Part shown: piece by piece, positions 8,076-16,407 of the stretch
Layout of the letters: each line of letters begins with the position of its first letter
How positions within the stretch are numbered: position 1 is the stretch's first letter
Virus record (IMG/VR): IMGVR_UViG_2913137851_000001
Length of the DNA: 25,991 nt
Source of the DNA: a virus
Taxonomy: Duplodnaviria > Heunggongvirae > Uroviricota > Caudoviricetes
Direction: 5' to 3' (one strand)
Notes under the pieces: model-generated
The model's input: the letters and a program-made list of their open reading frames with translations, nothing else
Databases searched by the model: none
Told to the model about the DNA's origin: nothing
Position numbers and translations under genes: made by a program

Positions 8076-8909
8076 TCAGTTAGTAACGTCGGAATCTTCA
8101 TTCTCAGAATGACCCTTTCTCCAGCCCGCTGCAAATTCAGACGGTGTCTGATAATTCAGCGTGGAGTGCGGGCGGCATTCGTTATAATCCTGCCGCCAGT
8201 CATTAATAATTTTCCTGGCATGAACGATATCGCTGAACCAGTGCTCATTCAAACATTCATCGCGAAATCGTCCGTTAAAGCTCTCAATAAATCCGTTCTG
8301 CGTTGGCTTGCCCGGCTGGATTAAGCGCAACTCAACACCATGCTCAAAGGCCCATTGATCCAGTGCACGGCAAGTGAACTCCGGCCCCTGGTCAGTTCTT
8401 ATCGTCGCCGGATAGCCTCGAAACAGTGCAATGCTGTCCAGAATACGCGTGACCTGAACGCCTGAAATCCCAAAGGCAACAGTGACCGTCAGGCATTCCT
8501 TTGTGAAATCATCGACGCAGGTAAGACACTTGATCCTGCGACCGGTGGAAAGTGCGTCCATGACGAAATCCATCGACCAGGTCAGATTGGGCGCCGCCGG
8601 ACGGAGCAGCGGCAGACGTTCTGTTGCCAGCCCTTTACGACGTCTTCTGCGTTTTACGCCCAGGCCACTGAGGTGATAAAGCCGGTACACGCGCTTATGA
8701 TTAACATGAAGCCCTTCACGGCGCAGCAACTGCCAAATACGACGGTAGCCAAAACGCCTGCGCTCCAGTGCCAGCTCAGTGATGCGCCCTGATAAATGCG
8801 CATCAGCAGCCGGACGGTGAGCCTCATAGCGGCAGGTCGACAGGGATAAACCTGTAAGCCTGCAGGCACGACGTTGCGACAGACCGGTCGCATCACACAT
8901 CAACATCAC
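8076..8909 (-). CDS. IS3-family transposase OrfB (DDE integrase core)
   Basis: 277-aa ORF with a DDE/rve-like region (D ... D ... E with K/R, e.g. [19 protein letters not shown]). In the -1 frame relative to orfA. Confidence 0.8.
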   Translation of the reverse strand: MMLMCDATGLSQRRACRLTGLSLSTCRYEAHRPAADAHLSGRITELALERRRFGYRRIWQLLRREGLHVNHKRVYRLYHLSGLGVKRRRRRKGLATERLPLLRPAAPNLTWSMDFVMDALSTGRRIKCLTCVDDFTKECLTVTVAFGISGVQVTRILDSIALFRGYPATIRTDQGPEFTCRALDQWAFEHGVELRLIQPGKPTQNGFIESFNGRFRDECLNEHWFSDIVHARKIINDWRQDYNECRPHSTLNYQTPSEFAAGWRKGHSENEDSDVTN

Positions 8910-8932
8910 GGCTTCCCGCTTCTGGTCTGTCG

Positions 8933-9196
8933 TCAGTACTTTCGCCCAAGAGCCACCTGAAGCGCCTCTTTATCCAGCATGGCTTCGGCAAGCAGCTTCT
9001 TGAGTCTGGTGTTCTCTTCCTCAAGCGACTTCAGGCGCTTAACTTCAGGCACCTCCATACCGCCATACTTCTTACGCCAGGTGTAAAACGTGGCATCGGA
9101 AATGGCATGCTTGCGGCAGAGTTCACGGGCGGGTACCCCAGCTTCGGCTTCGCGGAGAATACTGATGATCTGTTCGTCGGAAAAACGCTTCTTCAT
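8933..9196 (-). CDS. IS3-family transposase OrfA (HTH)
   Basis: 87 aa, [46 protein letters not shown]..., the typical IS3/IS407-type OrfA with HTH and leucine zipper. Confidence 0.8.
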   Translation of the reverse strand: MKKRFSDEQIISILREAEAGVPARELCRKHAISDATFYTWRKKYGGMEVPEVKRLKSLEEENTRLKKLLAEAMLDKEALQVALGRKY

Positions 9197-9267
9197 GGGG
9201 ATGTCCTCATGTGGCTTATGAAGACATTACTAACATCGGGGTGTACTAATCAACGGGGAGCAGGTCA

Positions 9268-9271
9268 CGGC
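9268..9271. repeat. Target-site duplication (CGGC), right copy
   Basis: CGGC immediately after the IS terminus ...CAGGTCA at 9261-9267. Confidence 0.7.
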
Positions 9272-9474
9272 AGATAGAGAAAAGCCCCAGTTAACATTAC
9301 GCGTCCTGCAAGACGCTTAACATTAATCTGAGGCCAATTTCATGCTAGACACATGTAGGTTAGCCTCTTACGTGCCGAAAGGCACGGAGAAGCAGGCTAT
9401 TGTTAACACCAAGCTGTAATGTCCCCTTTGAACCATTCTAAAATGTCCCCAGACAATTCTCTGGGGGATTTTTC

Positions 9475-10788
9475 ATGATCAAAGAGACTGTTACGATGAG
9501 TCATAAGGAACTCCACCGACTTCAGATTATTCAGGAACAAGCTGCGGCACGCATTGGCATTTCTATTCGGCAGGTTAAACGTCTGGTGCAACGGTATAGA
9601 AATGAAGGGCCTTCTGGTCTGGTTTCCCACCGACGTGGAAAGCGTCCTAATAATTCCTTTTCTACTGAATTCAGAGCAACAGTAATTTCACTCCTCAAAG
9701 GCCGTTACGCTGATTTTGGACCTACGTTTGCGTGCGAAAAATTGCGCGAGATACACGGTTTATCTTTATCCGTTGAAACTCTCAGAAAGTGGATGATAGA
9801 AGAGGGGTTATGGCGTGAACGCCGTCGTAAAATTGCCCGTATATATCAACGCCGCATGCGACGACCATCTTACGGTGAACTGATCCAGATTGATGGCTCA
9901 CCTCATGACTGGTTTGAAAATCGAGGCCCCAGATGTACACTGATCGTTTTCATTGATGATGCCACCAGTGCGTTGATGGCGTTGCGTTTTGTGCCTGCTG
10001 AAACAACCCGGGCTTACATGGAAACCCTCCGGGGTTACCTTAATGATCATGGCGTACCGCTCGCTCTCTACTCTGATAGACACAGTATATTCAGGGTAAA
10101 TAACCCAGAGCGGGAAGGTGAGCTGACCCAGTTCACTCGTGCGATAAAGACACTGGGCATCGAGCCAATCCATGCCAACAGCCCGCAGGCAAAAGGGCGG
10201 GTAGAGCGCGCCAATCAGACACTACAGGACAGGCTGGTCAAAGAAATGCGGCTTCAGAATATCAGTGATATTGAAACAGCAAATGCATGGTTGCCGACCT
10301 TTATTGAAGCCTATAACAACCGGTTCGCTACGTCGCCTCGTACTACTGATAATGCTCATCTTGATGTGCACCATTCTGAAGAGGAACTGGGTTATATCTT
10401 CAGCCTACAGGCGAAGCGCGTTCTGTCTAAAAATCTCACTTTCCAGTACAAAAGCAGTGCGTTTCAGGTACGCAGTGAGGGCCGGGGATATCGACTTAGG
10501 CATTCGGTTGTTACTGTATGCGAGAACTTTGACGGTGAAATTAACGTTCTGTATGACGGGAAAGCGCTGGGCTGGGAAAAGTATGTTGATGGCCCGGAGC
10601 CTATACCACTGGATGATGAAAAGAGTGTCCATGAACGAGTGGATAATGCCCGTATTGATTTACGCTCAAAATACTATGTTAAACCTAAAGCTGACCATCC
10701 CTGGCTTACGCGCCGAACGCAAAGTCATCAGCAAGTTAAGCCCCCGAAGTTACCTAAAAAGAAGCCTGATCCCGATAAAAAAGATTGA
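9475..10788 (+). CDS. DDE transposase (IS481/ISNCY-like; N-terminal HTH plus integrase-core domain)
   Basis: 437-aa ORF with N-terminal HTH (ISIRQVKRLVQRY) and a central rve-like DDE region (IQIDGS...D, FIDDATS, SDRHSIF, KGRVERANQTL). Ends of the element were not identifiable by eye. Confidence 0.75.
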   Translation: MIKETVTMSHKELHRLQIIQEQAAARIGISIRQVKRLVQRYRNEGPSGLVSHRRGKRPNNSFSTEFRATVISLLKGRYADFGPTFACEKLREIHGLSLSVETLRKWMIEEGLWRERRRKIARIYQRRMRRPSYGELIQIDGSPHDWFENRGPRCTLIVFIDDATSALMALRFVPAETTRAYMETLRGYLNDHGVPLALYSDRHSIFRVNNPEREGELTQFTRAIKTLGIEPIHANSPQAKGRVERANQTLQDRLVKEMRLQNISDIETANAWLPTFIEAYNNRFATSPRTTDNAHLDVHHSEEELGYIFSLQAKRVLSKNLTFQYKSSAFQVRSEGRGYRLRHSVVTVCENFDGEINVLYDGKALGWEKYVDGPEPIPLDDEKSVHERVDNARIDLRSKYYVKPKADHPWLTRRTQSHQQVKPPKLPKKKPDPDKKD

Positions 10789-11224
10789 AACCAAGATCGA
10801 TTCGGTTGAGTGCATATCCATTCATAGGGTAGATTCTTAAGTCGCGTTTCTGGTGTTCATTTTCGGGTGGTTTGTTACTTGTTTTACCGGGGATATGCCA
10901 GAAACGCGCTGAGTCAGTCTGGGCGGTGCGCGTAATGAGGCGTTATGGTAAATAGCCTATGCTAATGTCCGCTAAGAGCAAGAAGCGGAAGTTGGCAGTT
11001 TTGTGGACTGTCCCCACAAAAGTGACTACAGAAATAGTTGCAATTCATAATTGATCATGGGTTGTCAGTTAAACTCGTGGCGATTTAAATAGACTAATTG
11101 GGAGTGCGTCCATTACTTATATCTTGTAATGTTAACTATCAGAAATGATACAAAGATAATATGTCTTTAAAGAAAAGGCTGATGGCGAAAAGTGGCCCGA
11201 TGAGGGCCACAATACGGCTGTCAC

Positions 11225-11557
11225 TTAGACGTAAATATCAATGGTGCCAGCGGTATTTGTATCGTCTTTTTTCTCTTCTTTTTTATCAGGCTGAACTGTC
11301 GCGTCTTCATTCTTTTTCTCTGCCTGCTGCCTTAACAACTGCTCCAGTTGAGCCCAGAGGCTTTCAATTTGCTTCTGTACCAATGCAGCCATTTCTTTTT
11401 TCTGCTGTGTCGTCATCCCCTCTTCCGATGAGATTTTCCCAAGCTTTTCAGTCAGCACCTGAATTTGTCTTGTGATTTTGGCTATTTCTGATGTTCCTTC
11501 CGGGGCGGAGTTGTTTGAAATAACGGTTGAGGTATTTCCCTGAATTGTGACAGACAT
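11225..11557 (-). CDS. flxA: FlxA (FliA-regulated protein)
   Basis: 110-aa product MSVTIQGNTSTVISNNSAPEGTSEIAKITRQIQVLTEKLGK... matches recalled FlxA. A sigma-28-type promoter lies directly upstream. Confidence 0.85.
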   Translation of the reverse strand: MSVTIQGNTSTVISNNSAPEGTSEIAKITRQIQVLTEKLGKISSEEGMTTQQKKEMAALVQKQIESLWAQLEQLLRQQAEKKNEDATVQPDKKEEKKDDTNTAGTIDIYV

Positions 11558-11580
11558 AGATTTCTCCTTTTAAAAAAGCA

Positions 11581-11607
11581 CTATCGGCATGCACAAAAAA
11601 ATCTTTA
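11581..11607 (-). promoter_or_regulatory. Sigma-28 (FliA) promoter of flxA
   Basis: On the minus strand reads TAAAGATT-N12-GCCGATAG (consensus TAAAGTTT-N11-GCCGATAA), about 25 nt upstream of the flxA ATG. Confidence 0.7.
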
Positions 11608-11759
11608 ATCGTATTTCTTGTGTCATTAATTGTTTGATGTTCAGATTGTTTTCCTCGCGGGCTGGCGCGCCTCAGAAAGTAAAGCTTGTTGACAGGGGTA
11701 AACGTTCGGCAATAATTTTCTGCCGCATGCGGGTGTTGCATAAAACGTGTTACGTTCCT

Positions 11760-12065
11760 TTATCGACAGGTCAGGTCACCGCTCACCCGCCGACGAGAAA
11801 GCAACACTGACATGCTAAAGCAAAAAATAGATGAATAAGTTGAGTTGTGCATATGTAGCCTGACCGTCACAAAGTATATGGTGTCTGTACCAGTAAGATG
11901 ATGGCCGGACTCTTTAAAAACGAGCTGACCTGCACAATACAGGATGGACTTAGCAATGGCTGCTCCTGGCACAAAGCGGACAGTGATCACCGTTCTTACG
12001 ACTACTTTCTGACTTCCTTCGTGACTTGCCCTAAGCATGTTGTAGTGCGATACTTGTAATGACAT
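11760..12065 (-). CDS. Hypothetical protein (YdfV-like by position and length)
   Basis: 101-aa ORF divergent from relB. Its start lies inside the relB operator. Composition is not strongly protein-like, so this call is weak. Confidence 0.3.
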   Translation of the reverse strand: MSLQVSHYNMLRASHEGSQKVVVRTVITVRFVPGAAIAKSILYCAGQLVFKESGHHLTGTDTIYFVTVRLHMHNSTYSSIFCFSMSVLLSRRRVSGDLTCR

Positions 12066-12078
12066 TTGTAATTACAAG
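12053..12078 (+). promoter_or_regulatory. relBE operator (relO) inverted repeats
   Basis: CTTGTAATGACATTTGTAATTACAAG: repeated TTGTAAT / ATTACAA hexads immediately upstream of the relB SD. Confidence 0.7.
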
Positions 12079-12089
12079 AGGTGTAAGAC

Positions 12090-12329
12090 ATGGGTAGCAT
12101 TAACCTGCGTATTGACGATGAACTTAAAGCGCGTTCTTACGCCGCGCTTGAAAAAATGGGTGTAACTCCTTCTGAAGCGCTTCGTCTCATGCTCGAGTAT
12201 ATCGCTGACAATGAACGCTTGCCGTTCAAACAGACACTCCTGAGTGATGAAGATGCTGAACTTGTGGAGATAGTGAAAGAACGGCTTCGTAATCCTAAGC
12301 CAGTACGTGTGACGCTGGATGAACTCTGA
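12090..12329 (+). CDS. relB: RelB antitoxin
   Basis: 79-aa product MGSINLRIDDELKARSYAALEKMGVTPSEALRLMLEYIADNERLPFKQTLLSDEDAELVEIVKERLRNPKPVRVTLDEL matches recalled RelB. AGAGGTG SD. Confidence 0.92.
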   Translation: MGSINLRIDDELKARSYAALEKMGVTPSEALRLMLEYIADNERLPFKQTLLSDEDAELVEIVKERLRNPKPVRVTLDEL

Positions 12330-12616
12330 TGGCGTATTTTCTGGATTTTGACGAGCGGGCACTAAAGGAATGGCGAAAGCTGGGCTCGACGGTACGTGAA
12401 CAGTTGAAAAAGAAGCTGGTTGAAGTACTTAAGTCACCCCGGATTGAAGCAAACAAGCTCCGTGGTATGCCTGATTGTTACAAGATTAAGCTCCGGTCTT
12501 CAGGCTATCGCCTTGTATACCAGGTTATAGACGAGAAAGTTGTCGTTTTCGTGATTTCTGTTGGGAAAAGAGAACGCTCGGAAGTATATAGCGAGGCGGT
12601 CAAACGCATTCTCTGA
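12329..12616 (+). CDS. relE: RelE mRNA-interferase toxin
   Basis: 95-aa product MAYFLDFDERALKEWRKLGSTVREQLKKKLVEVLKSPRIEANKLRGMPDCYKIKLRSSGYRLVYQVIDEKVVVFVISVGKRERSEVYSEAVKRIL matches recalled RelE. Start overlaps the relB stop (TGATG). Confidence 0.92.
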   Translation: MAYFLDFDERALKEWRKLGSTVREQLKKKLVEVLKSPRIEANKLRGMPDCYKIKLRSSGYRLVYQVIDEKVVVFVISVGKRERSEVYSEAVKRIL

Positions 12617-12687
12617 ACCAAAGCATGACATCTCTGTTTCGCACCGAAGGTGACACTTCTGCTTTGCGTTGACAGGAGAAGCAGGCT

Positions 12688-12843
12688 ATGAAGCAGCAAA
12701 AGGCGATGTTAATCGCCCTGATCGTCATCTGTTTAACCGTCATAGTGACGGCACTGGTAACGAGGAAAGACCTCTGCGAGGTACGAATCCGAACCGGCCA
12801 GACGGAGGTCGCTGTCTTCACAGCTTACGAACCTGAGGAGTAA
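12688..12843 (+). CDS. hokD: HokD (RelF) Hok-family small membrane toxin
   Basis: Below the ORF-track size cut-off; translated by hand as MKQQKAMLIALIVICLTVIVTALVTRKDLCEVRIRTGQTEVAVFTAYEPEE (51 aa). AGGAGA SD upstream. Confidence 0.85.
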   Translation: MKQQKAMLIALIVICLTVIVTALVTRKDLCEVRIRTGQTEVAVFTAYEPEE

Positions 12844-12911
12844 GAGACCCGGCGGGGGAGAAATCCCTCGCCACCTCTGATGTGGCAGGCATCCTCAACG
12901 CACCCGCACTT

Positions 12912-12933
12912 AACCCGCTTCGGCGGGTTTTTG
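12912..12933 (+). terminator. Rho-independent terminator after relBE-hokD
   Basis: ACCCGC-TTCG-GCGGGT hairpin followed by TTTTTGTTTTT. Confidence 0.7.
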
Positions 12934-13059
12934 TTTTTATTTTCAACGCGTTTGAAGTTCTGGACGGTGCCGGAATAGAATCAAAAATACTTAAGTAGCG
13001 CGCAGGGATAAGAGGGATGGTCCCTTAAAGGGGAGAGCTAATTATCCGGAAGGATTCTG

Positions 13060-13311
13060 ATGATGAACATCGAAGAACTGCGTAAAATTTTTTGTGAAGA
13101 TGGCCTCTATGCTGTGTGCGTTGAAAATGGAAATCTTGTTAGTCATTACCGCATTATGTGTTTGCGAAAGAATGGGGCTGCGTTAATTAATTTTGTGGAT
13201 GCTCGGGTCACGGACGGATTTATCTTGCGCGAAGGTGAGTTTGTCACTTCATTACAGGCATTGAAAGAGATCGGAATAAAAGCTGGCTTTTCTGCTTTTT
13301 CAGGAGAATAA
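13060..13311 (+). CDS. rem: Rem (small prophage protein)
   Basis: 83-aa ORF MMNIEELRKIFCEDGLYAVCVENGNLVSHYRIMCLRKNGAALINFVDARVTDGFILREGEFVTSLQALKEIGIKAGFSAFSGE, consistent with recalled Rem. GGAAGGA SD. Confidence 0.7.
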   Translation: MMNIEELRKIFCEDGLYAVCVENGNLVSHYRIMCLRKNGAALINFVDARVTDGFILREGEFVTSLQALKEIGIKAGFSAFSGE

Positions 13312-13377
13312 ACTCATCTACAATCTTGCGCGGGGCTGAACTCCCGCTGAGTAACACCGTGCCACCGGAGAAAACCG

Positions 13378-13656
13378 ATGGCACGCAACGCAAAATATTA
13401 CAATTCTGATAATTCGCCCGTTCTTGCCTGCACGCACGGGCGGTATTCTCACGCATTCAAGTCTGAATGGTTCCAGCACCCTCCATGCACTGCAGAACAG
13501 GCCGAATGGCTGATTCATTCTTACCGCAGGCGCGGGTTCGAGGTTAAGAAAGCTCTCAGTCTCGACTATCGGCACTGGATAATCTCTGTCAGGCTGCCTT
13601 ATTCCGAACGCCCACCACGTGCGTCCCGCACTTTCCAGCAACGGATCTGGAGGTAA
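13378..13656 (+). CDS. Hypothetical 92-aa protein, translationally coupled to ydfU
   Basis: GGAGA SD then ATG at 13378. Its last codons (..GGAGGTAA) supply the SD for the ydfU GTG start 1 nt downstream. Product contains Cys/His residues (CTHGRYSH ... HPPC). Confidence 0.55.
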   Translation: MARNAKYYNSDNSPVLACTHGRYSHAFKSEWFQHPPCTAEQAEWLIHSYRRRGFEVKKALSLDYRHWIISVRLPYSERPPRASRTFQQRIWR

Positions 13657-13657
13657 C

Positions 13658-14707
13658 GTGCGGGTATTACTTAGACCTGTTCTGGTGCCTGAGCTTGGGC
13701 TGGTGGTCCTTAAGCCGGGCCGTGAATCCATACAGATATTTCATAATCCTCGAGTGCTGGTGGAACCGGAACCAAAAAGCATGCGTAATCTGCCATCCGG
13801 AGTCGTTCCTGCCGTTCGCCAGCCGCTGGCGGAAGACAAAACATTGCTGCCGTTTTTTAGTAACGAACGGGTGATTCGTGCTGCTGGCGGCGTTGGCGCA
13901 TTGTCCGACTGGCTATTACGTCATGTTACATCCTGCCAGTGGCCTAATGGCGATTACCATCACACTGAAACAGTCATTCACCGTTATGGTACCGGCGCAA
14001 TGGTGTTGTGCTGGCACTGCGACAACCAACTGCGTGACCAGACATCGGAATCACTGGAGCTGCTTGCTCAACAAAATCTGACAGCATGGGTGATTGACGT
14101 CATCCGTCACGCAATAAGCGGTACGCAGGAGCGGGAATTATCTTTGGCTGAATTATCCTGGTGGGCGGTCTGCAATCAGGTGGTGGATGCACTACCTGAG
14201 GCTGTATCGCGTCGTTCGCTGGGATTACCAGCGGAAAAAATCTGCTCGGTGTACCGCGAAAGCGACATCGTACCGGGAGAGCAGACCGCCACCAGCATAT
14301 TGAAACAACGCACAAAAAATCTTGCACCGTTGCCTTACGCCCACCAGCAACAAAAATCACCACAGGAAAAGACGGTGGTAAGCATCACCGTTGATCCAGA
14401 GTCTCCGGAATCTTTCATGAAGCTGCCTAAACGTCGCCGCTGGGTTAAGGAGAAATACACACGTTGGGTTAAGACACAGCCGTGTGCTTGCTGCGGTATG
14501 CCAGCCGACGATCCGCATCATCTGATTGGTCACGGGCAGGGCGGAATGGGAACAAAAGCACATGATCTCTTTGTGTTGCCTTTGTGCAGAAAGCATCACA
14601 ACGAGCTGCATACGGATACAGTGGCATTTGAAGATAAGTATGGCTCCCAACTGGAGCTGATATTTCGTTTTATCGATCGCGCGCTGACAATTGGCGTACT
14701 GGCGTAA
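13658..14707 (+). CDS. ydfU: YdfU (DUF968-type protein with C-terminal Cys/His-rich, HNH-like motif)
   Basis: 349 aa if started at GTG 13658 (GGAGG SD), matching the recalled K-12 length. C-terminus CACCGMPADDPHHLIGHGQGG ... CRKHHNELH. Confidence 0.7.
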   Translation: MRVLLRPVLVPELGLVVLKPGRESIQIFHNPRVLVEPEPKSMRNLPSGVVPAVRQPLAEDKTLLPFFSNERVIRAAGGVGALSDWLLRHVTSCQWPNGDYHHTETVIHRYGTGAMVLCWHCDNQLRDQTSESLELLAQQNLTAWVIDVIRHAISGTQERELSLAELSWWAVCNQVVDALPEAVSRRSLGLPAEKICSVYRESDIVPGEQTATSILKQRTKNLAPLPYAHQQQKSPQEKTVVSITVDPESPESFMKLPKRRRWVKEKYTRWVKTQPCACCGMPADDPHHLIGHGQGGMGTKAHDLFVLPLCRKHHNELHTDTVAFEDKYGSQLELIFRFIDRALTIGVLA

Positions 14708-14720
14708 GTGGAGAACGAGC

Positions 14721-15473
14721 ATGAACCTTGAAGCCTTACCAAAATATTACTCCCCAAAATCTCCAAAATTGAGCGATGACGCTCCAGCGACAGGCACCGG
14801 TTGTTTAACAATTACGGATGTAATGGCAGCGCAGGGGATGGTGCAGTCGAAAGCACCACTTGGGTTGGCCTTATTTCTGGCAAAAGTTGGTGTTCAGGAC
14901 CCTCAGTTTGCGATTGAAGGCCTGCTAAATTACGCGATGGCACTGGATAACCCGACATTGAACAAATTGAGTGAAGAAATCCGGTTACAGATTATTCCTT
15001 ACCTCGTGAGTTTTGCCTTTGCTGATTACTCCAGGTCTGCGGCAAGTAAGGCTCGCTGTGAGCATTGTTCAGGTACGGGATTTTATAATGTATTGCGCGA
15101 AGTGGTGAAACACTACAGACGCGGGGAATCTGTAATCAAGGAAGAATGGGTGAAGGAACTATGTCAGCATTGCCATGGTAAGGGCGAAGCCAGCACAGCG
15201 TGCAGAGGGTGTAAGGGTAAAGGGATTGTTCTGGATGAAAAAAGAACCCGGTTTCATGGCGTACCGGTATATAAGATTTGTGGGCGTTGTAATGGAAACC
15301 GGTTTAGTCGTTTACCGACCACGCTGGCACGACGTCATGTCCAGAAGCTGGTACCAGACCTGACCGATTATCAGTGGTATAAGGGGTATGCGGACGTCAT
15401 TGGTAAACTGGTAACAAAGTGCTGGCAGGAAGAAGCATACGCGGAAGCGCAATTGAGGAAGGTGACGAGATAA
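14721..15473 (+). CDS. quuQ: Q-like late-gene antiterminator
   Basis: 250 aa from ATG 14721 (GGAGAA SD). Lies immediately upstream of a late-type promoter and short terminated leader. Contains four CxxCxGxG repeats. Confidence 0.7.
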   Translation: MNLEALPKYYSPKSPKLSDDAPATGTGCLTITDVMAAQGMVQSKAPLGLALFLAKVGVQDPQFAIEGLLNYAMALDNPTLNKLSEEIRLQIIPYLVSFAFADYSRSAASKARCEHCSGTGFYNVLREVVKHYRRGESVIKEEWVKELCQHCHGKGEASTACRGCKGKGIVLDEKRTRFHGVPVYKICGRCNGNRFSRLPTTLARRHVQKLVPDLTDYQWYKGYADVIGKLVTKCWQEEAYAEAQLRKVTR

Positions 15474-15504
15474 ATGATTTTTGCTGAAGATGGCGACATG
15501 ATGT

Positions 15505-15533
15505 TTGCATTTTTCAAAAAATATGGATAAAAT
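15505..15533 (+). promoter_or_regulatory. PR'-like late promoter (probable Q-utilisation region)
   Basis: TTGCAT-17 bp-TAAAAT just downstream of the Q gene, followed about 50 nt later by a strong terminator, the lambdoid PR'/tR' arrangement. Confidence 0.55.
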
Positions 15534-15578
15534 TTTTTCAACGATGGGCTTTGTATACCCGACGTTAAGAAAAAGTAG

Positions 15579-15609
15579 AAAACCCGCTGATGAGCGGGTT
15601 TTGTGCTTT
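15579..15609 (+). terminator. Rho-independent terminator (tR'-like)
   Basis: AAAACCCGC-TGATG-AGCGGGTTTT hairpin followed by a T-rich tract. Confidence 0.75.
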
Positions 15610-15894
15610 AAATGGGGCAATGGTAATGTTGAATCTCATCCCGGGACTCATGTCTGTTAACTTATTATTTAGCTGGTGACTTGGTTATTTGCCTGATGTT
15701 TAAAATGTTTTCTTCCAGTACAATGTCCCTAAACACAATGAGTCTGCTTATTATATTATTAGCAGAGCTATTACGGCCAAAGTACAGCATAAGCTTTTAA
15801 AGCCAATCAACCAGTCATCAAGACAGACGGGGTTATTCATAAAAACTCTCCATGTGTGATCCGATGGGGCCTGAAATTAAAGCTTTAATATAGC

Positions 15895-16107
15895 TCATGA
15901 AAGGTAAACATTGGCAGCTGAAGGGCCACGCAGACCATTTATCCGGCAAAATTCCACGCGTAATCCGGTGGTAATTTCTTCTGCATCGCGGAGATTGAGC
16001 GCTGAAACATGAAGCTGGACATCGATACGACCATCGGATGGGGTGATAAGACCCTTGCCGCTTTTGCCGTCAAAGGTTTTGACAATTCCTGTCATTTTAC
16101 GGGACAA
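15895..16107 (-). CDS. cspF: CspA-family cold-shock-domain protein (CspF-like)
   Basis: 70-aa product [26 protein letters not shown]... with cold-shock-domain motifs. Divergent from cspB. Confidence 0.85.
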
Positions 16108-16407
16108 AAAAATTCCTTAATACTGATAACTTGGCGCACTATACACACGTTCCTGAAGAAAGCTATAGTTTTTTGATGGGGTTGAAGATGGCTGGATGTC
16201 TAAAATAAACATTGCTTCATATGTTCAACTATGCGTTAATGATTGCGTCGGTTTGAAGAACAGACGATATACGAAGTAGTTTACTAAAGCAGTTCTCATT
16301 TCAGGTGTTATTCACTTATTCCTTCTTTGAGTCTCTCCAATTAAGTACGAAGTCGTTTCTGTTATGCAAACCATTTATGCCGAAAGGCTCAAGTTAAGGA
16401 ATGTAGA

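Larger units (their letters stand above)
8047..9267 (-). mobile_element. IS3-family insertion sequence (IS407-like subgroup), apparently complete
   Basis: 1221 bp. Imperfect terminal inverted repeats: TGACCTGCCCCCACGATTAGATACA at 8047 versus the reverse complement of 9267, TGACCTGCTCCCCGTTGATTAGTACA. Contains orfA and orfB in the -1 frame arrangement typical of IS3 elements. Flanked by 4-bp direct repeats CGGC. Confidence 0.8.

Noticed and set aside
8047-9267. Assignment of the IS3-family element as IS2
   Set aside because: The OrfA/OrfB sequences here ([20 protein letters not shown]... and [14 protein letters not shown]...) do not match the IS2 InsC/InsD sequences as I recall them, so I report only the family.
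13318-13731. 137-aa minus-strand ORF spanning the rem/ydfU region
   Set aside because: Antisense to the coupled 92-aa ORF/ydfU pair, Pro/Arg-rich, no SD; likely spurious in this GC-rich stretch.
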